Notes: generated by a model from the sequence alone, not told the origin. Positions 8,529 to 17,936 are shown, counted from the stretch's first letter. The stretch: 32,000 nucleotides of DNA from Nitrososphaerota archaeon (GCA_013378385.1 JACAFS010000002.1:1-32000); one strand, 5' to 3'. Numbers and translations are program-made.

Positions 8529-8538
8529 ATTTATATAG
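8529..8538 (+). promoter_or_regulatory. TATA-like box (atttatatag) for the Ni/Co transporter gene, implying a leaderless transcript
   Basis: Centred about 27 nt upstream of ATG 8561, immediately after the tRNA 3' end. Confidence 0.4.
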
Positions 8539-8560
8539 ATAACAAACACGGTATTTAGAT

Positions 8561-9259
8561 ATGGAATTATTCAGTTTTGCTATTCTTGCATTCATCATGG
8601 GGATAAAACATGCATTTGACGCAGATCATATATTGATAGTGTCAAATTTTTTATCTAGAACAAAGAGACTTGATGAAACACTTAACATTAGTTTGAGTTG
8701 GGGAATTGGACACATGTTAGCTGCAGGAATTATGACGTTAATTATTTTTTACAATAGGAGTTCTATTCCGGTTATTATGTTATTAGAAAATTTTGAGATA
8801 ATTATAGCGTCAATAATGATAGTGATGGGAATAATTAGTTTAACAATAGGAGTTCCTTTACGACATAAACATGAACACAAACATGATGGAATTAAACATG
8901 AACATGTTCATACGCATCGAGTTGGAGGATTTATAAATAAAGATTTGAAATCGCATCATGCGTCGTTTGGAGTAGGAATAATACATGGACTGGCAAGTAA
9001 TGATGAGCTATTTATTATTCTAATATTAGGATTAGGAATTGGTTCAATCACCACCTTACTTGGTGCGCTATTGTTATTCTCAACTGGAGTAGTATTGGGA
9101 ATGATTGCATTCAGCATATTATTATTGAAATTTTCTGGAATTTTTACGAAGAATTTCAGATTAATTCTGAATTATGGATTTGGAATATCAGCAATAATAT
9201 ATGGATTATATTTATTCAACATAAATACAAATTTGGAAATAATCAATTATCTACTCTAA
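8561..9259 (+). CDS. NicO-superfamily nickel/cobalt transporter with a His-rich loop
   Basis: The NiCoT-type signature HAFDADHI sits in the first helix, with a second motif IIHGLASNDELF. About six hydrophobic helices. The central loop HKHEHKHDGIKHEHVHTH is His-rich. Confidence 0.7.
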   Translation: MELFSFAILAFIMGIKHAFDADHILIVSNFLSRTKRLDETLNISLSWGIGHMLAAGIMTLIIFYNRSSIPVIMLLENFEIIIASIMIVMGIISLTIGVPLRHKHEHKHDGIKHEHVHTHRVGGFINKDLKSHHASFGVGIIHGLASNDELFIILILGLGIGSITTLLGALLLFSTGVVLGMIAFSILLLKFSGIFTKNFRLILNYGFGISAIIYGLYLFNINTNLEIINYLL

Positions 9260-12136
9260 GAAAATTGCAGGCCGCATAGGTCTAGAATAGATAGAGCGAT
9301 TTCGTGGATCGTAGATTTTTGAATCGTCTTCAGAGTATAAATCGACTTGAATATTGTTTTGGGTCTTATAGAATGATTTTAGGTCTTCAAGAATTTGAGT
9401 TTCGTTTAATTTACCAATACTTAGAATACGTGATTTTGAAGATGAATCCATAGTAGACAACTCTTTGAACAGTACCTGACAGAATTTTGGTATGTGTTTC
9501 TTGAATTCAGAATAATCAGGGTTGTTTAAACTGCTTTCAATTAGATCCTTGAGAAGAAGTTGTTCTTGTTTCAATGCATGCAAAAAGATATTCCATTTCC
9601 AGTTAGCGGGAATATATATGCAGATTCTTTGTGTCTGAATTTTTGTGACTTTGAGTATATTATTAATATCTTCAACTGTATTTTTAATTAAGTCTTCAGA
9701 TAATTCAGAATTCTCGTCAATTAGATTTGTGTCAGGAATAGGCCAGTCTTCAAGAGTAATTGAGCCTTCATGTCCAAGAGTCTCCCAAGTCTCTTCACAG
9801 AAATGAGGTGCAAAGGGAGCAAGTAATTTTATTCTAGTCTCAAAGAAATATTTTAAGAATGAATTCTGATCTTCGGTAGAAAGAGTAGTTCTTCTATTAT
9901 ACCATTGTAAATCAATATCAAGGAGATAGATTATGTTATGGAGAGATTCTCTTACACGAAGTTTGTTCATCGAGTCAGTAGTAATCTGAATTGACCTTTG
10001 TAATCTACTCAACAACCATTTTTCAATAGAATGTGCCTGTGTTACATCATAATCAGATGCAGATTTGATTTCGTGTATAAGATTATGCATTTTATTAAGT
10101 CGCTCAGTAAATGATTTTACTAATTCTAGACTAAAATCAGCATCTTGTAACAATTCTGCAGCGGACATAATTCCAAGGCGTATAGGATCTGCCCCGTATG
10201 TTTTTACTGCTTGACGAAGAGGAATTATATTTCCGAATGATTTAGACATTTTTTTACCATCCATGAGTACAGAGCCATTAACAACAATTTGTTGTGGCCA
10301 ATGATTCTTAGGAAATATAGCAGAATGATTGAAAATAAAGAATGTTAAATGGTTTGGAACGAGATCACGTCCAGAATGTCTGCTGTCAAGAGGATAGAAA
10401 TACAAGAATTCAGTTCGTAGGTCGTCGATAATATTTTTACTGATATTTGTATTTGCAGAAACTAATTCCGAGCTACCCAGACCTAACAATATATAATCAA
10501 AGAATTCTTCGGAGAGATTTGAAGAATCAAGAGTATGTTCTTTGATAAGTCTAGACAAAGTATAGTATGCCATATAGATTACAGAATCAGACAGACTTTC
10601 TATAATCCAGTCAGAATCCCAAGGTAATTTTGTACCAAGACCTGAGTTTCGCGCACATGCTTTTTCATGAAGCCAATCAACAGTATTATGGAATTCAACA
10701 GTGATTTCACTAGGTACTAATGACATATCATTGATTGAAGAATGTGCTTTTTCTTTCCAATCAGGTTTTCCATAGTCGATGAACCATTGATTTTCGAACA
10801 TTTTTATTATGCATTCAGTTCCACATCTACATATAACAGGACTGTTCATTATTTCATATAATTTACTAGCAATACCAAGTTGAATAAGGTCGATTTTCAC
10901 TTTTTCTTTTGCTTGTTTAACAGAAAGATTTGCATAATCTCCTGCAATATCAATCATTTTACCAGAATTAAATTCAAGAGTATAAAGTTCTTTCGTTGCA
11001 TCCACAAGTTTAGAATCATCTTGGTTCTTTATACTCAAGTCAGAAACTATTTGTTTAGCAGGAGTATTGTCGTATCTTGGAGTTTTTATTACGTCAATAG
11101 GAGCAAGATTAGTTGTATCAATATCAGGGTATTTACTAAGTAGACTATGGTCCCGTGTGAAATCAACAATTGCTTGATAATCATAAGGAGCATGTGAGGG
11201 TACAGACATGACAAGTCCAGTCCCATTTTTAGAATTGACAAAAGTGGCAGGCAATAATTGGATTTTCATGTGTGTAAACGGGTTTTCAGTCCATTTACCA
11301 ATCAAAGAATTTCCTGAGATTGCCTCAGTAGATGAATTTTCTTCTATAAGATGTTCAAATTTAAACATCGAATCACTGCTGACAATCCATTTTTCATTGT
11401 TTAGTGAAATTTTTACATATTCAATGTCAGGATTAATCCAGATATTGGTAACGCCAAATATAGTTTCTGGACGAAGTGTTGCGGCAACTAGTTTTGCATC
11501 GTCAAAAGCAAATTTGATAATAGTATATTCGCCGATATCAGGTTCAATATCTCCTAGTGTGTCGTGTTGACCAACAGGGTTACCGTCTTTAGGACACCAT
11601 CCAACAGGATGGCTACCTCGGGTAATAAAACCACCTGAATTTAGTTTTTTAAATTGCCATTCAATAAATTTACTATATTGTGTATCAATAGTAGTAAATT
11701 CACGTCGCCAATCAATTGAATAACCCATCTCAATCATTCCTTGTTTGATTTCATCATGGAAATATTGTGCAATTTTTTTAGGTTCGTCGAGTTGTTTAAT
11801 TACAGACATTGGAATATTGTAAACATCTTGAAATGCACTTAATAGTTCAGGGTCATTTTCGGCAAGTCTTTTCGTCATTGCAAGAATAGGAGTTCCAGTA
11901 TAATGGAATGCCATAGGAAACAATACATTAAATCCAAGCATCCTTTTGTATCGAGCATAAACATCAGTGAGAGTGTAGGTTCGCCCATGTCCTATATGTT
12001 GCGGAGAATTTGGGTAAGGATATGCAACAGTGAGAAAGAACTTTGGTTTATCAGGATCCACATTAGTATTGTGAAGAGAAGAATTTTCCCATTTAGTTCT
12101 CCATTTATGTTCAATGTCAGACCAATTAATTGTCAA
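9251..12136 (-). CDS. leuS: Leucyl-tRNA synthetase (archaeal type)
   Basis: Class I motifs HIGHGRTY and KMSKSFGN. Length of 961 aa and the overall pattern are typical of archaeal LeuRS. Confidence 0.95.
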   Translation of the reverse strand: MTINWSDIEHKWRTKWENSSLHNTNVDPDKPKFFLTVAYPYPNSPQHIGHGRTYTLTDVYARYKRMLGFNVLFPMAFHYTGTPILAMTKRLAENDPELLSAFQDVYNIPMSVIKQLDEPKKIAQYFHDEIKQGMIEMGYSIDWRREFTTIDTQYSKFIEWQFKKLNSGGFITRGSHPVGWCPKDGNPVGQHDTLGDIEPDIGEYTIIKFAFDDAKLVAATLRPETIFGVTNIWINPDIEYVKISLNNEKWIVSSDSMFKFEHLIEENSSTEAISGNSLIGKWTENPFTHMKIQLLPATFVNSKNGTGLVMSVPSHAPYDYQAIVDFTRDHSLLSKYPDIDTTNLAPIDVIKTPRYDNTPAKQIVSDLSIKNQDDSKLVDATKELYTLEFNSGKMIDIAGDYANLSVKQAKEKVKIDLIQLGIASKLYEIMNSPVICRCGTECIIKMFENQWFIDYGKPDWKEKAHSSINDMSLVPSEITVEFHNTVDWLHEKACARNSGLGTKLPWDSDWIIESLSDSVIYMAYYTLSRLIKEHTLDSSNLSEEFFDYILLGLGSSELVSANTNISKNIIDDLRTEFLYFYPLDSRHSGRDLVPNHLTFFIFNHSAIFPKNHWPQQIVVNGSVLMDGKKMSKSFGNIIPLRQAVKTYGADPIRLGIMSAAELLQDADFSLELVKSFTERLNKMHNLIHEIKSASDYDVTQAHSIEKWLLSRLQRSIQITTDSMNKLRVRESLHNIIYLLDIDLQWYNRRTTLSTEDQNSFLKYFFETRIKLLAPFAPHFCEETWETLGHEGSITLEDWPIPDTNLIDENSELSEDLIKNTVEDINNILKVTKIQTQRICIYIPANWKWNIFLHALKQEQLLLKDLIESSLNNPDYSEFKKHIPKFCQVLFKELSTMDSSSKSRILSIGKLNETQILEDLKSFYKTQNNIQVDLYSEDDSKIYDPRNRSIYSRPMRPAIFLE

Positions 12137-12145
12137 AAAATCACC

Positions 12146-14872
12146 TTATTCTGCATTGACAATGGATTGAACTGTATTAATAATTGTATTATGGTCGGAA
12201 ATTTTAGAACAGCCACCTTGGGCAAAACGGTCAGTTCCTCCGCCAGAACCACCAAAGGCCTTTGAGATTTGACGTGCTAAATCCACTGCTTTGTACTTTT
12301 GATTGATTTTTTCTCCGCAGAAAACAAATAATCTTGAACTTTTATCCGTGTTTAGGATTCCAACATAAATGAGGTTATTAATTTTATTAATACAATGTTC
12401 CCCAACAAGAATATGAAAGTCCTCGTCTACATGATTCCAATCAAGTATTGATAATGAAGCATCGGAGATTTTAACAGATGAAGAATTAAGATGATTGCAT
12501 ATAATATCAGCAAGGTGATTTTTGATGAGAGATTTTGAATCTCTTTTAATCGCATCATTATCAAGAATTAAGTCATCTACAGTTTGATTGAGTTTATCAA
12601 TTGGAACAGAAAGGTTGTTACTAATTGAATCCAATAATTCATTTTGTTTTTGTATATAGTCGATTGCAGTCTCGCCAGCGACATATTCTAATCGTTCTAC
12701 GCCATCTTGTATTCTTTCGTTTTTAATAATTTTAATTATACCAAGTTCACCCGTACTAGATACATGAGTACCTGCACAGGCTTCAACATCCCAAGTTTCA
12801 ATCTCTTGTACACGAATATTTTTACCCGGGGCAATTCCACCTTGATAAATTGAGAAACCGTATTTGCTTTCTGCTTCACCTCTATCCAATACTAATTTGT
12901 GTACGGGTAAATTCTGCCTAATCGCATAATTTGCTAATTTTTCAATCTTTTCAATTTGTTGTAATGATAAATGTTCGAAATGTGTTATATCGAGACGAGC
13001 TTTATCCACGTCTTTGAAAGCAGAGGATTGCCAGACCCATGAACCAAGTGCTCTCTTAGCAGCTCCTAACATAACATGAGTTGCAGTGTGGTGACGAGTA
13101 AGGATTTCTCTACGATGTTGATCAATTTTTCCCTTAATCACCGTACCTTCTTTAATATCTATTTTATTAATTTTATGTAGAATTACTTGGCCATATTTTT
13201 CAACATCAAGAACTTTATGATTATCTAAAGTGCCAGAATCTGGTTCTTGACCACCTGCACGTGCATAGAATGCAGTTTGATCTAATACAACGAATGAATG
13301 TTTTGAATCATTAAACACTTTAAGTACACGTCCTTCGAATTCAGCAAGGTCTTGATTTTCATAGAACAGCGGACGAGTTTCATCTATTTCATCTATGTCA
13401 AAGTTACGTTTTGGTTTTTCAGTTTTATTCAAAATATGTTTTTCAGTAACTTTTGCGTAGAAATTGGCAGGTATGTCAATTTTCATACCTTGATCTCGAA
13501 TAAATTCAGGAGTAATTCCATCAGAATCGTATAATTTTATCAGTGTTTCTTCATCAACTACCTGGTTTGATTTATTCATATTAGAAACAATTTTCTTGAT
13601 TCTTTCCTGGGTGTTATCATAACGTTGTTCTTCAACTTCAAGAATTTTCAATATTTCATTCCTATGTTCTTTAAGTTCAGGATAAATTTGTGATAAATAG
13701 TCAATATGCCAATCTGCAATCTCCCCTAATTCAACATTCCATTTTTGTGAGTGGATTTTAGATAGAGATCGTCTAAGTAGAACTCGAAGATTATAACCGC
13801 CGCCAACATTACTAGGTAAAGCGCCATCACTGATAGCAAAAACAAGAGTTTTTACATGGTCAAGAACAGCAAACATTGATTCAAAAGGAGTAACTTTTTC
13901 AATTAATTCATCAGTATCGACCCCCAGTTTCTCCGCAACTTGTTTACGAGTAAGTTCAATATCAGAGACTTCGTCTAAATTCAGCATGCCAGAAAATTTT
14001 GAATAATTTTCAAAGAAATCTTGATCGTAAACAATATTACATTTGTCAATCATATTTTTAATAGCGCTGCCAAATACTGATTCATATGCTGTAGGAGTTC
14101 CTTGTGTTAACCAACTAAATCTTTCTAGTCCAGCACCCATATCAATAATTTTATCATCCATAGTTTTGTAGTTAGTTGGATCGCCTTCAAATTGGGTAAA
14201 TACAGCATTTCCTAATTCCAATCCACGAACATAATATTCTAATGAATATCCAAAAGCTCCATAGCCAACCCAAACATCTTCTTTGAAAACAATTTCTTTT
14301 TTAGGAATGCCAAATACATTTGTTAATAACCCATAATCAAGATCAATACATTCATTTTTCCAATATCCAGTATCATTAGCAACACAATGTTGACCAATCA
14401 TTACGAAAGATGTGAAATGTTTACCGCTAACTCCGACATTTTCGATGTCATTGAATCGTAAACACATCTGGGGAATGATTAAGGGATTCTCTGGGAATTC
14501 GAATGCAATTTTACCACCTTCAATTCTCTGAAAATCAACAATTGAAGCAATAGTGAAATATAAATCAGGTCTCCACCTAGCAACCACAGGGTATCGATTT
14601 ACACTAGAATGTCCATGATCAATGAAATATTCTTCAATGGCTTTCCAGCATTGTGCATAATCGAGTTTTTTTGATGTAGGAGAATTACCAATAAAGCCAT
14701 ATTGCTCACAAGGTTGTTCAGGACAAGTTAAACGAGATTCATCTGCAGTCCAGAAAAAATTATCGCAATTTGAGCATTGTTTTCGACTAAAACCTTCTGT
14801 TTCGAATAAATTTACATCATAATAATTCTTATAATCAGAAGAAAATTTCTTCCGAAGAAGGTCTTTATTCAT
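12146..14872 (-). CDS. alaS: Alanyl-tRNA synthetase (archaeal type)
   Basis: N-terminal FSRKQCSNCDNFFWT, editing-domain HHTATHVM and CAGTHV, 908 aa. Lies 9 nt upstream of leuS on the same strand, so the two are probably co-transcribed. Confidence 0.95.
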   Translation of the reverse strand: MNKDLLRKKFSSDYKNYYDVNLFETEGFSRKQCSNCDNFFWTADESRLTCPEQPCEQYGFIGNSPTSKKLDYAQCWKAIEEYFIDHGHSSVNRYPVVARWRPDLYFTIASIVDFQRIEGGKIAFEFPENPLIIPQMCLRFNDIENVGVSGKHFTSFVMIGQHCVANDTGYWKNECIDLDYGLLTNVFGIPKKEIVFKEDVWVGYGAFGYSLEYYVRGLELGNAVFTQFEGDPTNYKTMDDKIIDMGAGLERFSWLTQGTPTAYESVFGSAIKNMIDKCNIVYDQDFFENYSKFSGMLNLDEVSDIELTRKQVAEKLGVDTDELIEKVTPFESMFAVLDHVKTLVFAISDGALPSNVGGGYNLRVLLRRSLSKIHSQKWNVELGEIADWHIDYLSQIYPELKEHRNEILKILEVEEQRYDNTQERIKKIVSNMNKSNQVVDEETLIKLYDSDGITPEFIRDQGMKIDIPANFYAKVTEKHILNKTEKPKRNFDIDEIDETRPLFYENQDLAEFEGRVLKVFNDSKHSFVVLDQTAFYARAGGQEPDSGTLDNHKVLDVEKYGQVILHKINKIDIKEGTVIKGKIDQHRREILTRHHTATHVMLGAAKRALGSWVWQSSAFKDVDKARLDITHFEHLSLQQIEKIEKLANYAIRQNLPVHKLVLDRGEAESKYGFSIYQGGIAPGKNIRVQEIETWDVEACAGTHVSSTGELGIIKIIKNERIQDGVERLEYVAGETAIDYIQKQNELLDSISNNLSVPIDKLNQTVDDLILDNDAIKRDSKSLIKNHLADIICNHLNSSSVKISDASLSILDWNHVDEDFHILVGEHCINKINNLIYVGILNTDKSSRLFVFCGEKINQKYKAVDLARQISKAFGGSGGGTDRFAQGGCSKISDHNTIINTVQSIVNAE

Positions 14873-14972
14873 ATTAAGTAAAGATAGTAATTTTCACATA
14901 TTAATAGCTCTATCTACCCATAGAGAAGTCAAAAATAGGAAAATTATATAATTTTTAGAAATATTTTAAACC

Positions 14973-14982
14973 TTATATATAT
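14973..14982 (+). promoter_or_regulatory. TATA-like box (ttatatatat) for the P1 stalk gene
   Basis: Centred about 31 nt upstream of ATG 15009. No Shine-Dalgarno-like sequence intervenes, so the leader is very short or absent. Confidence 0.4.
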
Positions 14983-15008
14983 GAAAAAAAAATTGTATCG
15001 TTATACAA

Positions 15009-15320
15009 ATGGAATACATTTATGCGGCTTTGCTTTTGCATAAGCTTGAACAAAAAATTGATGAAGATACTGTGAAAAAAGTAATTACATCAACAGGTGT
15101 AGAACCTGATGAAGTTAAGGTCAAGGCATTAGTATCGGCATTAAGTGAAGTAGATATTGAAGATGCTTTAAAGAATGCAGCTACTACAGTGACGGCAGCT
15201 CCTGCAGCAGCACCAGCAGAATCATCTGGTGAGGCAAAAGCAGAAGATAAACCAGCTGAAGAGAAAGATGAAAAGAAAGAAGAAGAAGCCATGGAAGGCT
15301 TAGCCAGTTTATTCGGTTAA
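15009..15320 (+). CDS. rpl12: Ribosomal stalk protein P1 (aL12)
   Basis: MEYIYAALLLH N-terminus, an Ala/Pro hinge, and the acidic tail EEKDEKKEEEAMEGLASLFG. Confidence 0.95.
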   Translation: MEYIYAALLLHKLEQKIDEDTVKKVITSTGVEPDEVKVKALVSALSEVDIEDALKNAATTVTAAPAAAPAESSGEAKAEDKPAEEKDEKKEEEAMEGLASLFG

Positions 15321-15324
15321 ACTA

Positions 15325-15390
15325 AAATTCTTAATTAAACTTTTTAATCTGAATTCTTAATTAAACTTCTCAATCTGAATTCTTAATTAA
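15325..15390. repeat. AT-rich 26-bp tandem direct repeat, about 2.5 copies, filling the P1/P0 convergent spacer
   Basis: aaattcttaattaaactttttaatct (15325..15350) and gaattcttaattaaacttctcaatct (15351..15376) are 23/26 identical. A partial third copy gaattcttaattaa (15377..15390) follows. The T5 run at 15341..15345 could serve as the P1 terminator. Confidence 0.85.
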
Positions 15391-16240
15391 CTAATTTACT
15401 TAATGTTTCTGCTTCTAAATGTTTTTTGGAGAGTATATGTGAAACAGTTTCCTTTGTAATATAATCTGATTCAATAGAGATATTCTTAGAATTAGTAAAT
15501 GCTTTTGCAAGTAATAATGGAACAGTTTCTTTAGTAAGATATTCTTCGTTGAGTGCTAAGTTGAGAGCATTATTGAATGATTGAATTAAATGAGAACGAT
15601 ATTCGTTTAAGTCAATAGCTACATCTTTAGCAGGATAGATTAAACCATCCATATATGCCAAATCAATTGCAACACCGGCTTTAATCGGCTTAATGTCAAG
15701 TTTTGTCAATAATGATGCAAGAGAAGACTTAATTGAATCTCCTTCTTTTGCAACAACAGTATCTTCACTTACAAATATACTGCCCGCATCAATACGAGTA
15801 GGAATATTAAATGCTTTAAATGCGCTAAGATCTGGACCAGGTTGCATACCAGTATTGCCTGATGGAACGGTAATTTCTCCTGATGCTATATCCCCCTCAC
15901 GGGCAGGAAGATCAACTTTACCTTTTTCGAGCAGTAAAAATAATTTAAATGGATCCATATCAGTGAATATGAATGCTTTTTGGTCAGAAACATTATCTAC
16001 AAGTTTTTCAAAATTATCTACTTTAGAATCAGTAATACCACGTTTGGAAAGGGTATTTTTTACAACTCGTATAGTAAGATCGTTTTTAAAACTCTTTCGT
16101 AGTTGCATTAATTGTGCAGCACGTACTTTATGGAGTTTACAGAAAGCAGTAGTATTATTAGACTTGATTAAGTCAGATATTTCGTTAATAGTATCAGTTT
16201 TCCATTGAGGATATTTCGACTTTGTTTTTGTGACGGACAT
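15383..16240 (-). CDS. rpl10: Ribosomal stalk protein P0 (uL10), tail-less form
   Basis: The N-terminus YPQWKTDTINEISDLIK...VRAAQLMQLRK is typical of uL10/P0. C-terminal helical repeats YLTKETVPLLLAKA / YITKETVSHILSKK are present. The protein ends ...ETLSKLVN with no acidic/LFG tail. Confidence 0.9.
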   Translation of the reverse strand: MSVTKTKSKYPQWKTDTINEISDLIKSNNTTAFCKLHKVRAAQLMQLRKSFKNDLTIRVVKNTLSKRGITDSKVDNFEKLVDNVSDQKAFIFTDMDPFKLFLLLEKGKVDLPAREGDIASGEITVPSGNTGMQPGPDLSAFKAFNIPTRIDAGSIFVSEDTVVAKEGDSIKSSLASLLTKLDIKPIKAGVAIDLAYMDGLIYPAKDVAIDLNEYRSHLIQSFNNALNLALNEEYLTKETVPLLLAKAFTNSKNISIESDYITKETVSHILSKKHLEAETLSKLVN

Positions 16241-16893
16241 TAAATAGCCTCCTGAGCAGAAAGAGTAATAGGTGGTGACATAGAGAGTTTTATAACGAAA
16301 CCTTTGAGATTCTTTTCATTATTTGGAAGTTTTGATGTGATTGTGTTGATTATTAGCATTGCATTTTCGACAATTTGTTCGTCAGGCATGTCCTCATCGC
16401 CTAATTTTGTAGATAGGGAAAGAGTTCTTCCGCGTATTCGAATGGCAGTTTTGTATTTATTAATCATATTTTCAATTGGAGTGTCAATAGTAATAGGTAG
16501 AGGCATTCTTCCTTTTGGGCCAAGAAACTTTCCTAATACTTTACCAACTTTAGGCATTGCTGTAGTTTCTGCCAAGAAGAAATCATAAGAATATGCAATT
16601 TTACGAGCTGAACGTTTGTCACCAGACATTTCATCTATTTTACCAGTTTCAAGGACTTGATCAGCATCAGTTTTTGCACGTAAACTAAGATCTCCTGATG
16701 CAATTACACAGACTTTTGATTTATTCTGAGGAGGGTTAGGAAGAAAGACAGTTTCATTTAGATTAATCTGATTCTTTTTTACATCTATATCTTTAAGATT
16801 TATTACTAATTCAAAAGATTGTTTAAACTGGCGTTTAGTTGAGGCAGAACGTGCCTGTTTTACTGTTTCAAGTATTATTTGTGATTTAACCAT
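16240..16893 (-). CDS. rpl1: Ribosomal protein uL1
   Basis: KRQFKQSFELVINLKDIDVKK...VCVIASGD...GKVLGPKGRMP is a typical L1 pattern. Confidence 0.95.
   Translation of the reverse strand: MVKSQIILETVKQARSASTKRQFKQSFELVINLKDIDVKKNQINLNETVFLPNPPQNKSKVCVIASGDLSLRAKTDADQVLETGKIDEMSGDKRSARKIAYSYDFFLAETTAMPKVGKVLGKFLGPKGRMPLPITIDTPIENMINKYKTAIRIRGRTLSLSTKLGDEDMPDEQIVENAMLIINTITSKLPNNEKNLKGFVIKLSMSPPITLSAQEAI
16248..16252 (-). promoter_or_regulatory. Shine-Dalgarno-like GGAGG for P0, embedded in the 3' end of the L1 gene
   Basis: Minus strand reads caGGAGGctatTTAATGtcc. GGAGG lies 7 nt before the P0 ATG, and the L1 stop and P0 start overlap (TAATG). Confidence 0.55.
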
Positions 16894-16901
16894 TTTTATT
16901 A

Positions 16902-16937
16902 CACCTTAATGTTCTCAGAACTATTCCATTTTATAAA
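16902..16937 (-). promoter_or_regulatory. Probable internal promoter plus Shine-Dalgarno site for the L1-P0 unit
   Basis: The minus strand has tttataaaa (16937..16929) about 40 nt upstream of the L1 ATG. AGGTG (16906..16902) lies 8 nt upstream of that ATG. The predicted TSS falls just 5' of the Shine-Dalgarno site. Confidence 0.35.
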
Positions 16938-16950
16938 TTTTTTATAATTG

Positions 16951-17442
16951 TCAATTAAAGGAGTCATCCCATTTTCCGTCGTTAATTTCAGAAATAATGT
17001 CTTTTGGTTCCTTATTTTCCACAGTAATTCCCATACTGACGCAAGAACCAACTAATTCTTTTACAGCGCTTTTAATAGTAGTAGCGTAAGATTGATCAAT
17101 TTTAGTATTAGCAATCTTTACTAATTGTTCAAGGTTAAGATTTCCAACTTTTTCAGTGTTTGGTGTGCCAGATCCCTTTTCAACACCTAATGCCTTTGCC
17201 AATAACGCAGAAGATGTAGGAATGCCTACTTCGACTTCAAATGTCTTATTTTCAACTTGCACAATAACTTTTACAGGAACTCGCATGCCAGAATATTCTT
17301 TAGTCTTTTCGTTGATATCATTTACAATTGCCATAACGTTGAGGCCCATTGGTGCTAGAGCAGGTCCTAAAGGAGGACCAGCATTTGCTTGGCCGCCAGC
17401 AACTAATAAAGAAATAATTTTTTCATCGCCCAAGTTAATCAT
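16951..17442 (-). CDS. rpl11: Ribosomal protein uL11
   Basis: MINLGDEKIISLLVAGGQANAGPPLGPALAPMGLNV is the conserved L11 N-terminus. The start at 17442 overlaps the Spt5 stop by 8 nt (ATGATTAA). The ORF-track start at 17514 adds 24 non-conserved residues. Confidence 0.9.
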   Translation of the reverse strand: MINLGDEKIISLLVAGGQANAGPPLGPALAPMGLNVMAIVNDINEKTKEYSGMRVPVKVIVQVENKTFEVEVGIPTSSALLAKALGVEKGSGTPNTEKVGNLNLEQLVKIANTKIDQSYATTIKSAVKELVGSCVSMGITVENKEPKDIISEINDGKWDDSFN

Positions 17443-17926
17443 TGCCCTTTGATTTTTCAACAATACGAATGCCGTTAACATCAACAGTAACAGGTAATTG
17501 GTATGGAGCGTCAAGCAACATAATAGTTACTTCCGAACGTCCAACTTCAACACGGGATATTTTAGCTTTCATATTTTTAAATGGACCACTTGTTATTTCA
17601 ACGATGTCATTAATAGATATTTCTGAAACTATTGATCTTGTAACAAGGAATTTTTCAATGTCTTCATAAGGAACAATACCAGGAATCATATTTTTAACAT
17701 GTTTAAATCCGGAAATTGCGTCAGATACCACTTGAGCATTAGGAGCTTCAAAGAAAACATAGCCCTTTAGTGAATCGATAACAACAATAGAACGAATAGC
17801 AGAAGAGATTATAGAATTTTCGGTTTCGTCGCGTTCTAAACGATTGCCAACAAATTTAGCTACGTTCCTTTCTTGACCGCCAGTTGTTTTTACTGCAAAA
17901 AATCTACTTTGCATTGAAGTACTCAT
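17435..17926 (-). CDS. spt5: Transcription elongation factor Spt5 (NusG homologue)
   Basis: NGN domain FAVKTTGGQERNVA and KOW motif VEITSGPFKNMKAKISRVE. Sits in the conserved position upstream of L11. Confidence 0.9.
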   Translation of the reverse strand: MSTSMQSRFFAVKTTGGQERNVAKFVGNRLERDETENSIISSAIRSIVVIDSLKGYVFFEAPNAQVVSDAISGFKHVKNMIPGIVPYEDIEKFLVTRSIVSEISINDIVEITSGPFKNMKAKISRVEVGRSEVTIMLLDAPYQLPVTVDVNGIRIVEKSKGND

Positions 17927-17936
17927 ATTACATTAC

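Noticed and set aside
8395-8598. 67-aa minus-strand ORF
   Set aside because: It runs straight through the tRNA-Thr gene on the opposite strand, so it is an artefact of the six-frame translation.
16894-16950. L1 autoregulatory mRNA structure mimicking the 23S rRNA L1-binding site
   Set aside because: This mechanism is known in Methanococcus, but I could not identify a convincing helix or conserved-loop mimic by eye in this AT-rich leader. Only a TATA-like box and an AGGTG Shine-Dalgarno site are supportable.
17443-17514. 24-codon N-terminal extension of the L11 ORF (MTLHTNYLLLLMLTAFVLLKNQRA)
   Set aside because: The conserved L11 N-terminus begins at MINLGDEK (ATG 17442). The extension lies inside the spt5 coding region and is hydrophobic nonsense.
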